Made by a program: the position numbers and the translations under genes. A model generated the notes under the pieces. It was not told the DNA's origin. It searched no databases and saw only the letters and a list, made by a program, of their open reading frames with translations. From Frateuria sp. (GTDB lineage Bacteria; Pseudomonadota; Gammaproteobacteria; Xanthomonadales; Rhodanobacteraceae), in assembly GCF_013362045.1 (NCBI RefSeq), contig NZ_JABFWW010000018.1, positions 1 through 50,697 on the forward strand: a DNA stretch of 50,697 bases, in the 5' to 3' direction. Position 1 is the stretch's first letter. Each line of letters opens with the position of its first letter. Below, piece by piece: positions 1 to 8,752 of the stretch.

Positions 1-65
1 GATCTCGCCTTGTTGGAGCAGCCGGCCAGTGCCAGCAGCAAGGCGATGGGCAACAACGGCTTCAT
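1..65 (-). CDS. N-terminus of a lipoprotein, truncated by the window edge
   Basis: Reverse strand reads MKPLLPIALLLALAGCSNKAR: signal peptide with LAGC lipobox; GGGGA RBS-like sequence upstream. Confidence 0.75.
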   Translation of the reverse strand, partial: MKPLLPIALLLALAGCSNKAR

Positions 66-146
66 GGCGATTCCCCTTCGGCGGCGAGGCCGCAGTCTCC
101 CGCCGCCGGGCCATTGCGGCAAGCGGCATCGGCTAAGCTTCCGGCC

Positions 147-929
147 ATGAGCCTACGCACCGACGCCTGGCAGCTCCACGGCCACACCGCACTGATCACC
201 GGCGCCAGCAAGGGCATCGGTCTGGCGGTCGCGCGCGAGCTCGGCGGCCTGGGCGCCGACCTGCTGCTGGTGGCGCGCGACGAGATGCACCTGGAACAGG
301 TGCGCGTGGAGCTGGCCGAGGAACTGCCCGGGCGCGAGGTGTTCGCCTTCGGCGCGGACCTGGCCGAACAGGAGGACCGCCTGGCGGTCTTCGACTGGAT
401 CGCCGACCTCGACGCGCCGGTGTCGCTGCTCGTCAACAACGCCGGCGGCAACGCGCCCGCCGCGGCGCTGGCCTACGACAGCGAGGGCTACCGCGCGGTC
501 TTCGAACAAAACCTGTTCAGCGCCTTCGAGATGTGCCGCCTGGCGCACCCGCACCTGGTCGAGCACGGCAATGCGGCGATCGTCAACGTCGGTTCCGTGT
601 CGGGTTCGGTCCACGTGCGCACCGGCGCGCCCTACGGCATGAGCAAGGCCGCGCTGCACCAGCTCACGCGCAACCTGGCGGTGGAATGGGCGGTTGACGG
701 CATCCGCGTCAACGCGGTGGCGCCCTGGTACATCCGCACTCAGCGCTCGGAGCCGGCGCTGGCCGATCCGGACTACCTGGAAGAAGTGCTCGAACGCACG
801 CCGCTCAAGCGCATCGGCGAACCGGAGGAGGTCGCCGCCGCGGTGGCCTTCCTGTGCCTGCCGGCGGCTGCCTACATCACCGGGCAGGTGCTGGCGGTGG
901 ACGGCGGCTTCCTCAGCTTCGGCTTCTAG
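147..929 (+). CDS. SDR oxidoreductase, tropinone reductase-like
   Basis: TGASKGIG NAD(P) motif, NNAG, YGMSK catalytic motif, C-terminal ITGQVLAVDGG; start trimmed to ATG 147. Confidence 0.9.
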   Translation: MSLRTDAWQLHGHTALITGASKGIGLAVARELGGLGADLLLVARDEMHLEQVRVELAEELPGREVFAFGADLAEQEDRLAVFDWIADLDAPVSLLVNNAGGNAPAAALAYDSEGYRAVFEQNLFSAFEMCRLAHPHLVEHGNAAIVNVGSVSGSVHVRTGAPYGMSKAALHQLTRNLAVEWAVDGIRVNAVAPWYIRTQRSEPALADPDYLEEVLERTPLKRIGEPEEVAAAVAFLCLPAAAYITGQVLAVDGGFLSFGF

Positions 930-935
930 GCTTCC

Positions 936-957
936 GCAGGGTGGGCTGAAGCACACC
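936..957 (+). repeat. Degenerate GTAG-family REP palindrome
   Basis: GCAG-GGTGGGCTGAAGCACACC between convergent genes; resembles the copy at 44725. Confidence 0.6.
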
Positions 958-971
958 CGACAAAAACCGGT

Positions 972-1634
972 TCAGTCGCCGCAGCTGGCCAGTTGCGCGC
1001 GCAGTTGAGCGTCGCGCTTTTCCAGCGGGGGGCGCTGGCTCTGGAACGCATTGCGCAGCTTGTGCGCGTTTTCCTCGTAGGCGTCCTGCAGCGCCTCGCA
1101 GGTCTGGCCGGGATCGAGTTGGCGGCACTGGTCCTGCACCCACACATAGTTGTTTGCCACCAGGCCGCGGGTGACCCGCCCGCGGTTGGATTCCGGTGCG
1201 GAAATGCCGGCCGCCCCACGGTCGGGCGCATAGACATCCGACAGTGGCTGCTGCCCGGCGCCGAGCATGCCGTAGGGCGCCTGATACGGCGCGGGGTTGC
1301 CGTTGGCGCTGAGGTAGGTTTTGCCGTCGGTGGCGCGGACACAGGCGTACATCAGCGGCAGCGGGGCGGAGGGTGCCGGCGACGGCGGTGCAGCGGCTCG
1401 TGCCGGTGCCGAAGGCGCAGGTGCCTCGGGCGCAGGCGCCGCAGCAGGCGCATCCGGCATTTCCAGCCTGCGCTGCCGTTGGGTGGGTCGGCACGGGCTG
1501 TCCTGGTACACGGTGCGCCCGTCCGATCCGACGCATTCGTAGACCGTGGTGGCCGTTGCATCGACGTGGCTTGCCGAAGCCATGGCGAGCAGGCTGCCAC
1601 CGAGCAGGACGGAAGCGGGCAGAGACCGGCGCAT
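972..1634 (-). CDS. Secreted DUF4124-domain protein
   Basis: Signal peptide, VYECVGSDGRTVYQDSPC motif, Pro/Ala linker, Cys-containing C-terminal part. Confidence 0.8.
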   Translation of the reverse strand: MRRSLPASVLLGGSLLAMASASHVDATATTVYECVGSDGRTVYQDSPCRPTQRQRRLEMPDAPAAAPAPEAPAPSAPARAAAPPSPAPSAPLPLMYACVRATDGKTYLSANGNPAPYQAPYGMLGAGQQPLSDVYAPDRGAAGISAPESNRGRVTRGLVANNYVWVQDQCRQLDPGQTCEALQDAYEENAHKLRNAFQSQRPPLEKRDAQLRAQLASCGD

Positions 1635-1712
1635 GCGCCGATTCTAGGCGCACGCGGTGAACCAGTCGCTTTGGTTCCTTTCCCAGGGCCTGCCCGGGAG
1701 AGCGTGCGGAGC

Positions 1713-2654
1713 TTAGAAATCGGCCTCGTGTTCCTCGGCCACCAGGGCCAGCGTGACCGCGCCCTCGCCTACGTTGACCATGCCGGTGATGCTCATCGGC
1801 GCTTCCAGCAGCGTCACGCCGGTTTCCTCGCAGGCTTCGCGCAACCCGTCGTAGCCGGGCAGTCGGGCCAGTTCGGCCAGTTCGCCGCCGTAGCTGACGC
1901 ACACCACCGGGACGATCAGCCCCGCCCGCACGCGCCGCGCGGCGTAGCCGAACAGCGTTTCGGCGCCATGCTCGAAGCCGCGCACCTTGCCGACCGGGCC
2001 GGTCTCGCCGCGGAAGCAGCGCAGCAGCGGCTTGATGTCCAGCGCCGTGCCCACCACCGCGCTGAACAGGCTGACGCTGCGGTCGCCCTTCTTCTTGGTG
2101 CGGTTGCGCAGGTGGTGCAGGTCGCGCGGCAGCATGTAGGCGTAGGTGTGGTTGGCCACCACGCCCAGCCGTTCGCGGATGATCGGCGGCGTCTCGCCGG
2201 CCTGGATCAGCCGCACCGCCTCGAACACGGCCGGCCCCTCGCCGGCGAACACGTTGCGCGTGTCGACCACCCGCATGAGGAAGGGCCCGGCGATGCCGGC
2301 CCGCTCGCGCGCCTCGCGGTACTGCTTGAGGATGGCGAAGCTGGCCTTCACCACGTGCTCGTGGATCGGGCTGCGCGTGGCGGTGACGGTCAGGCAGAAC
2401 ACGCAGTCGCGCTCCAGCACCAGCTTGTCCAGGAACAGCCGCTGCACGTCCTCGACCGAGCAGGGCTCGGTTTCGGCGGCGTGGGTGCCGGCCAGCCTCA
2501 TCTCGAGGAAACGCTCGATCTCCCGTGGATCGCGCTCGTCCTTGAAGACGGTGTCGTCAAGCCTAACGGCGATCGGCATCACCGCGATGTCGTGTTCCCT
2601 GAGGAACGCCTGCGGCAGATCGCAGGACGCGTCGATCGCCAACCCCATCCGCAT
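1713..2654 (-). CDS. DegV family (FakB-like fatty-acid-binding) protein
   Basis: AIDASCDLP N-terminus, VVDTRN, ALDIKPLL, MVNVGEGA C-terminus; start ATG 2654. Confidence 0.85.
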   Translation of the reverse strand: MRMGLAIDASCDLPQAFLREHDIAVMPIAVRLDDTVFKDERDPREIERFLEMRLAGTHAAETEPCSVEDVQRLFLDKLVLERDCVFCLTVTATRSPIHEHVVKASFAILKQYREARERAGIAGPFLMRVVDTRNVFAGEGPAVFEAVRLIQAGETPPIIRERLGVVANHTYAYMLPRDLHHLRNRTKKKGDRSVSLFSAVVGTALDIKPLLRCFRGETGPVGKVRGFEHGAETLFGYAARRVRAGLIVPVVCVSYGGELAELARLPGYDGLREACEETGVTLLEAPMSITGMVNVGEGAVTLALVAEEHEADF

Positions 2655-2882
2655 GGTGTCATCCCCCTGGCCAATGACGCGGCGAACATAACACGCGTGT
2701 GGGCGCCGCAACCTTGGGCCCGCGGCGCAGTCTCCGTGGAGTTGACGGCCATGCGCGGCCTTGCCCGGATGGCGGGCAAGGGCCTGCGCCCCGTAGAATG
2801 GCCACGGCTCGAGAATGGTTCCTGCCGGCGTGGCGTCGTCGGCGCAGCGCGCCGCGACCGCGGCGTGTTCCCGAGATAACCC

Positions 2883-3674
2883 ATGAAAGACAAGCGAGAG
2901 ATCGTCTCCAACTGGCTGCCGCGCTATACCGGCACGCCGCTGGAACAGTTCGGCCAGCACGTGCTGCTGACCAACTTCGGCCTGTACGTGGAGCTGTTCG
3001 CCCAGTGGCACGGCGTGGAAGTGCGCGGCCGCGACCGGCCCATGCCCAATGCCACAGCCGACGGCATTACCCTGATCAACTTCGGCATGGGCAGTCCCAA
3101 CGCCGCTACGGTGATGGACCTGTTGAGCGCGGTCGAGCCGAAGGCGGCGCTGTTCCTGGGCAAGTGCGGCGGGCTCAAGAAGAAGAACCAGCTGGGCGAC
3201 CTGGTGCTGCCGATCGCCGCGATCCGCGGCGAGGGCACCTCCGGTGACTACCTGCTGCCGGAGGTGCCGGCACTGCCGGCGTTCCAGCTGCAGCGCGCGG
3301 TCTCCACCATGATCCGCGACCTCGGCCACGACTACTGGACTGGCACCGTCTACACCACCAACCGGCGCGTGTGGGAGCACGACGAGGCGTTCAAGGACTA
3401 CCTGCGCCGCACCCGCTGCATGGCGGTGGACATGGAGACGGCCACCATCTTCGCCGCCGGCTTCGCCAACAAGATCCCCTGCGGCGCCCTGCTGCTGGTC
3501 TCCGACCAGCCGATGATCCCCGAGGGCGTCAAGACCGAGGCCAGCGACCGCAGCGTGACCGAGCGCTACGTGGAGGCGCACATCCGCATCGGCATCGAGG
3601 CGCTCAAGCTGGTCCGCCGCAACGGTCGCAGCGTCAAGCACCTGCGCTTCGAGGACGAGTCCGAAGGCGATTGA
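2883..3674 (+). CDS. amn: AMP nucleosidase (short form)
   Basis: NWLPRYTG, LLTNF, INFGMGSPNAAT, FLGKCGGL, DMETAT, LLLVSDQP motifs. Confidence 0.9.
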   Translation: MKDKREIVSNWLPRYTGTPLEQFGQHVLLTNFGLYVELFAQWHGVEVRGRDRPMPNATADGITLINFGMGSPNAATVMDLLSAVEPKAALFLGKCGGLKKKNQLGDLVLPIAAIRGEGTSGDYLLPEVPALPAFQLQRAVSTMIRDLGHDYWTGTVYTTNRRVWEHDEAFKDYLRRTRCMAVDMETATIFAAGFANKIPCGALLLVSDQPMIPEGVKTEASDRSVTERYVEAHIRIGIEALKLVRRNGRSVKHLRFEDESEGD

Positions 3675-3735
3675 GACCTCGTAATCTCCTGCGGAATGAT
3701 TGGTTGCCGCGCTTGGTGTAAGGTGTCGACTAGTT

Positions 3736-3773
3736 CAAATTTCATTGACCAATTGTGATTTGGGCGCTAAATA
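3736..3773 (+). promoter_or_regulatory. Putative sigma70 promoter of the TonB-dependent receptor, overlapped by an imperfect inverted repeat
   Basis: AT-rich patch; TTGACC at 3745-3750, 17 bp spacer, weak TAAATA; CAAAT...ATTTG dyad at 3736-3762. Confidence 0.4.
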
Positions 3774-3887
3774 GCCCACTACGGCTACCAGGCCGTCGCC
3801 TTTGGCGTTTACGTGGACACCAGGCGCATCAGCCGGGAGGGGAGACCTTTCCCAGGCGAAGCAGTAATTCCAACGGGAGGAAAATCA

Positions 3888-6818
3888 ATGAAGTACGGGG
3901 TAAAAAAATTGTCGTCGGCGGTGCGCATCGCACTCTCGCTTGGTGCGGTGATCGCCGTGGGAGCCTCCGGCGCCGCGTTCGCGCAGGACACCGGCACGCA
4001 GGCCGGTACGCAGCCCGACCAGAAGAACACCAAGACGCTCGAAACCGTCACCGTCACCGGTTCGCACATCCGCCGCGTCGATCTGGAAACCTCCAATCCG
4101 GTGGTGACCATCGACGCCTCGCAGATCAAGGCGACCGGTAAGCTCACCCTGGGCGACATCGTCCAGCAGCTGCCGGCGGTGACCGGCGGCAACACCAATC
4201 CGCAGGTCAACAACAGCGGCGGCAGCGGCAACACCAGCATCGGCCTGCGCGGCCTCGGCAGCCAGCGCACGCTGATCCTGATCGACGGCAAGCGCATCAT
4301 CAACGGCGATCCGAACTCGATCCCGGCCGACATGATCGAGCGCATCGAAGTGCTCACCGATGGCGCCTCCTCGGTGTACGGCTCCGATGCGATCGGCGGC
4401 GTGGTCAACTTCGTCCTGAAGAAGGACTACCAGGGCGCCCGGTTCACCGTGAACTACGGCCAGTCCGGCCATGCGGACGGCCGCTCGAAGGGGTACACCT
4501 TCACGTTCGGCCAGACGTCCGACAAGGGCAGCATCATGGGCGGCGTGGACTACAACAAGACCGAGCAGGTGCTCGCCAAGAACCGCGATTTCTCGAAGAA
4601 CGCGGTCTCCATCTACGGCAGCAGCCAGACCCCGATCTACAGCTACGTCGGCGGTTCGACCTTCCCGGCCTACGGCCGCATCCAGCTGCCGGCGCAGTAC
4701 CAGGCGCAGTACGGCTGCAAGAACGTCTCGCTCAACCCGGGTGCCAGCGGCCAGAACATCGCCACCGACTACCACTGCTTCACCAATGCGGACAAGTACA
4801 ACTACGCCACCGTCAACCTGATCCAGACCCCGCAGGAACGCACCAGCATGTTCCTGAAGGGCACCTACAACCTGGGCGAGCATGTCCAGGCCTACATGGA
4901 TGCCTACCACAACAAGACCAGCTCGGGCTTCCAGCTTGCGCCGGCCTTGCTCGGCAGCCTCTACGGCGCGGTGATCTCGGCGAACAGCTACTACAACCCG
5001 TTCGGCCAGGAATATTCCTCCGCTGGCCTGGACTACCGCGCGCGCCTGGTGTCGGCCGGCAACCGCTCGGCGAACATCGCCAGCGCCACGGACCAGATCC
5101 ATGCTGGGTTCAAGGGTGACTTCACCCTGTTCGACCAGGGCTGGAACTGGGACGTGGGCATGGGCTATGGCCACTTCTCGCAGCAGACCATCACCCGTGG
5201 CCTGCCCAACCAGGACAAGATCAACGCGGACCTGGGTCCGTCGCATTTGGATCCGGCCACCGGCAAGGTGGTTTGCGATTCGGGCGCTGCCGGCTGCATG
5301 CCGTTCAACCCGTTCAACCTGTACGACGCGAACTCGGTGGCAGCGTTGCAGGCCGCCGCGGTGCCGGCGATCAGCAACAACTTCTCGATCGAGCGCGTCT
5401 ACTCGGCCGATGTGAACGGTGGCCTGTTCGATCTGCCGGCCGGTACCGTCCAGCTGGCCGCGGGCGCCTCCTATCGCAAGGAGTACACCCGTTCCGAAAT
5501 CGATCCGCTGTTGCTGATCGACCCGTCGACGGGCAACTGCACCCTGGGCAGTCAGTGCAGCTCGCCACTGCGCGGTGGTTACAACGTCAAGGAAGCCTAC
5601 GCCGAGGTGTTCGTTCCGGTGCTGAACGACCTTCCGTTCGTGCAGTCCCTGAACGTGACCGTCGGTGACCGTTACTCCAAGTTCAGCACCTTCGGCAGCA
5701 CCAACAACACCAAGTTCGCGGTGGAATATCGCCCGATCAACGACCTGCTGCTGCGCGGCACGGTGTCGGAGGTGTTCCGCGCGCCGACCATCAGCGACGT
5801 CTACCGCTCGCCGATCAGCGATGCGCCCAAGCTCAGCAGCGATCCCTGCGACGGCATTACCACCGCGGGCAACCCGGCCTGCGCCGGCGTACCGACGGAT
5901 GGCAGCTTCAAGGACCAGAACGTGGCGGCCGGCCAGCAGATCAAGGGCGTGGCGTCCGGTTCCAAGTACGCGGGCTTCCCGCTCGGGCCGGAGAAGGGCA
6001 AGTCGTTCGACCTCGGCCTGGTCTACTCGCCCAGCTTCGTGGAAGGGCTTTCGGTCAGCGCCGACGTGTGGCACCTGTACCTGAACGACACGATCTCCTC
6101 GATCGGTGCCCAGACGGTGCTGGACCTCTGCTACAGCGGCATCACCCGGTATTGCCCGCTGATCAGCCGCTTCCCGGCGGGCAGCGCCAATCCGGGCGAA
6201 ATCGCCCAGATCATCGAGCCCACCGGCAACCTGGGTCGCACCGACGTGTCCGGCGTGGACTTCTCGGGCCGTTACCGCCTGCCGCAGTTCTCGTTCGGCA
6301 ACTTCGTGGTCGGCGTGGACGCGACCTACCTGAAGCGCTATGACCAGCAGACCGCTCCGGGTACGGCCGCCAACAACATCTTCCACGATGCCGGTCACTT
6401 CCAGCCGTTCGGTTCGAGCCAGGCCTCCACCTGCCCCAGCGGCGGTGGCGTGTGCCTGTTCCCGCGCTGGCGCGGCAGCAGCTTCGTGAACTGGAACCTG
6501 GGCGACTGGAGTGCCTCCTGGCGCATGCGCTACATCGGTGCGTTCCGCAACGGCTCGAAGAGCCCGTCGCAGGACACCAACCCGGTGCAGGGCCTGCCGG
6601 GCGTGGAGCTCAAGTACGGCGCGACGATCTACAACGACGTGTCGGTCGGCTACAACTTCGAGCCGCTCAACACCCGTATCGACCTGGGCGTGAACAACCT
6701 GTTCGACAAGCAGCCGCCGTTCCTGTACGCCAACAACACGCTCAACGCCAACACCGATCCGAGCGACTTCGATCTGCAGGGCCGCTACTACTGGGCTCGC
6801 GTGACCGTGTCGTTCTGA
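3888..6818 (+). CDS. TonB-dependent outer-membrane receptor with six Cys pairs
   Basis: GGGAGG RBS, Sec signal peptide (AFA-Q), TonB box ETVTVTG, plug motifs LRGLGSQRTLILIDG and IERIEVLTDGASSVYGSDAIGGVVNF, C-terminal NLFDK and terminal Phe. Confidence 0.95.
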   Translation: MKYGVKKLSSAVRIALSLGAVIAVGASGAAFAQDTGTQAGTQPDQKNTKTLETVTVTGSHIRRVDLETSNPVVTIDASQIKATGKLTLGDIVQQLPAVTGGNTNPQVNNSGGSGNTSIGLRGLGSQRTLILIDGKRIINGDPNSIPADMIERIEVLTDGASSVYGSDAIGGVVNFVLKKDYQGARFTVNYGQSGHADGRSKGYTFTFGQTSDKGSIMGGVDYNKTEQVLAKNRDFSKNAVSIYGSSQTPIYSYVGGSTFPAYGRIQLPAQYQAQYGCKNVSLNPGASGQNIATDYHCFTNADKYNYATVNLIQTPQERTSMFLKGTYNLGEHVQAYMDAYHNKTSSGFQLAPALLGSLYGAVISANSYYNPFGQEYSSAGLDYRARLVSAGNRSANIASATDQIHAGFKGDFTLFDQGWNWDVGMGYGHFSQQTITRGLPNQDKINADLGPSHLDPATGKVVCDSGAAGCMPFNPFNLYDANSVAALQAAAVPAISNNFSIERVYSADVNGGLFDLPAGTVQLAAGASYRKEYTRSEIDPLLLIDPSTGNCTLGSQCSSPLRGGYNVKEAYAEVFVPVLNDLPFVQSLNVTVGDRYSKFSTFGSTNNTKFAVEYRPINDLLLRGTVSEVFRAPTISDVYRSPISDAPKLSSDPCDGITTAGNPACAGVPTDGSFKDQNVAAGQQIKGVASGSKYAGFPLGPEKGKSFDLGLVYSPSFVEGLSVSADVWHLYLNDTISSIGAQTVLDLCYSGITRYCPLISRFPAGSANPGEIAQIIEPTGNLGRTDVSGVDFSGRYRLPQFSFGNFVVGVDATYLKRYDQQTAPGTAANNIFHDAGHFQPFGSSQASTCPSGGGVCLFPRWRGSSFVNWNLGDWSASWRMRYIGAFRNGSKSPSQDTNPVQGLPGVELKYGATIYNDVSVGYNFEPLNTRIDLGVNNLFDKQPPFLYANNTLNANTDPSDFDLQGRYYWARVTVSF

Positions 6819-6849
6819 TTGACTGGACAGCACTGAGTAGCTGAAGCTG

Positions 6850-6887
6850 AAGAGCCGCGCGGGGCGACCCGCGCGGCTCTTTCTTTT
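6850..6887 (+). terminator. Rho-independent terminator
   Basis: 14-bp stem AAGAGCCGCGCGGG / CCCGCGCGGCTCTT, GCGA tetraloop, followed by TCTTTT. Confidence 0.85.
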
Positions 6888-6904
6888 GAAAAGTTGCGAG
6901 TCAC

Positions 6905-8734
6905 GTGATCAACGACATTCTCAGCGCACTGCAGGCCGGTCGGCCCTCCGAGGCCGAGCGGCTCTGCCGGCGCTCGCTGGCGACCGCACCGAACCCGGAT
7001 GTGACGCTGTTCCTCGCGATCAGCCTGCAGCAACAGGGTCGCCCGCAAGAGGCACTCGTGCTCTACGCCGAGCTTGCCCAGTCGTTCCCGGACAGCGCGT
7101 TGCACCTGGGCAACTATGCGACCGCGCTGCGTGAGGCCGGGCATTTCGACCAGGCCGCCCAGATGTACATGCGGTCGATCGAACTGGCGCCGGACAATCC
7201 CGATCAGGTCATCAACCTGGGCCTGCTGCAATTGCAGCGGAAGGACTACATCGCGGCCAGGGACACGCTGATGCGGGCCCACGTGCTCGATCCCGCTTCC
7301 CCCGAGGCCCGGATCCATGCGGCACGCGCCTGTTCGGCCTGCCGCGATTCGCGCGCAGAGGAGCTGATTCGGCCGTGGCGCGACTGGACTGCGCTGGATG
7401 ATCCACTGCAGCTGGAGCTTGCGGACCTGCAGCTGGTGTTGGGTGAGGCCAACATCGCACGCATGCTGCTGGAGGAGCTGCTTGCCCGCTCGCCGGGGCA
7501 CCTGCCGGCGCGCCTGCTGCTGGCCGCCGTCTACGAGCGGGTCAACGATCTGGACGCCGCCGAGGCGCTGCTGGGCCGGATCGAACGCGAACACGCCGAG
7601 CTGGACGACGAGGCAAGGCTGGAGATCGCCCACCAGCGCGCCAAGATCGCCCTGCGGCGCGGGCAGCTCGAGCCCTCTCGCGACCTGCTCGAGCGGATGG
7701 GTCCGCGCACGCCGGACGACTACGCCCATTTCTTCATCCTGGCCGAGGTGTGCGACAAGCTGCGGGACTATCCGGCGGCCATGCGGGCGCTGGACGAAGC
7801 CCACGCGCGCCAGATCGCGGAGTTGAAGGTCAACACGCCGCATCGGTTCGAGCCCGGCGCGCCGGTGCTGCCTGCCGCGGTCGAACGGATCGGGCCTGCG
7901 GACTATCGTCGCTGGCCCGCGCTGCAGAGCCCGGACAGCGCCGGTTCGCCGATCTTCATCGTCGGCTTCCCGCGTTCCGGCACGACGCTGCTGGAACAGA
8001 TGCTCGATGCCCATCCCGCACTGCAGTCGATGGATGAGCGGCCGTTCTTCACCATCCTCTCCGATCAGCTTGCCGACCACGGCATTACCGTGCCCCAGGA
8101 CCTGCATCGGCTCGACCAGTACGCATGCGACGAGCTTCGCAAGGGCTATCTCAGCCTGGTGTGCTCGAAGATCCCACGGCGCTGGAATTGCCAGCTGGTC
8201 GACAAGAATCCGCTCAACATGCTCTGGTTGCCGCTGATCCACCGGTTGTTCCCGGAGGCGAAGTTCATCCTGGCGCTGCGCCACCCCTGCGACGTGCTGG
8301 TGAGCAACTACATGCAGAACTTCCGTGCCGCCGTGTTGGCGGTGGCATGTGCCTCCATGGAGACGCTGGCCAGCGCCTACGTCACCGCCATGGAGTGCTG
8401 GCTGCACGACGTGGAGCTGTTCAAGCCCGACGTGTTCGTATCTCGCTACGAAGACCTGGTCGCCGATCCCGCCGCACAGACGCGGCGCATCGCCGATTTT
8501 CTCGGCCTGCAGGACGCCACGCCGCTGCTGCAGTTCGATCGCCACGCCCGCGGCAAGGGGTTCATCGCCACGCCGAGCTATGCGCAGGTCACCCAGCCGG
8601 TCAACCGCAAGGGGTTGGATCGCTGGCTGCGCTATCGCGATGCGCTGGCGCCGGCGATGCCGATCCTCGCGCCCATGCTCAGGCACTGGGGCTATCCGGC
8701 CATGGCCGAGAACGCCGCGGCCGCGGGGACCTGA
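6905..8734 (+). CDS. TPR-containing sulfotransferase 1 (TPST-like)
   Basis: N-terminal TPR-like helices; 5'-PSB loop IFIVGFPRSGTTLLEQMLDAHP, DKNP, RHPCDVLVS, RYEDLV, TPSYAQV; GTG start; no signal peptide. Confidence 0.9.
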   Translation: MINDILSALQAGRPSEAERLCRRSLATAPNPDVTLFLAISLQQQGRPQEALVLYAELAQSFPDSALHLGNYATALREAGHFDQAAQMYMRSIELAPDNPDQVINLGLLQLQRKDYIAARDTLMRAHVLDPASPEARIHAARACSACRDSRAEELIRPWRDWTALDDPLQLELADLQLVLGEANIARMLLEELLARSPGHLPARLLLAAVYERVNDLDAAEALLGRIEREHAELDDEARLEIAHQRAKIALRRGQLEPSRDLLERMGPRTPDDYAHFFILAEVCDKLRDYPAAMRALDEAHARQIAELKVNTPHRFEPGAPVLPAAVERIGPADYRRWPALQSPDSAGSPIFIVGFPRSGTTLLEQMLDAHPALQSMDERPFFTILSDQLADHGITVPQDLHRLDQYACDELRKGYLSLVCSKIPRRWNCQLVDKNPLNMLWLPLIHRLFPEAKFILALRHPCDVLVSNYMQNFRAAVLAVACASMETLASAYVTAMECWLHDVELFKPDVFVSRYEDLVADPAAQTRRIADFLGLQDATPLLQFDRHARGKGFIATPSYAQVTQPVNRKGLDRWLRYRDALAPAMPILAPMLRHWGYPAMAENAAAAGT

Positions 8735-8752
8735 TCCGGTTGGCGGTGCCGG

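Noticed and set aside
3775-3887. Cobalamin, TPP or c-di-GMP riboswitch upstream of the receptor
   Set aside because: None of the conserved cores was recognisable and the leader is too short for a cobalamin switch. An Rfam scan would settle it.
3902-3908. A7 tract at the start of the receptor gene as a phase-variation site
   Set aside because: Short and explained by Lys codons in the AT-rich signal-peptide n-region.
3885-6833. 982-aa antisense ORF, and similar long shadow ORFs (6788-8686, 16477-18876, 27601-30192, 32050-34065, 40336-44013)
   Set aside because: They mirror well-supported genes on the other strand or frame. Stop-poor shadow frames are expected at high GC, and they show no recognisable motifs.
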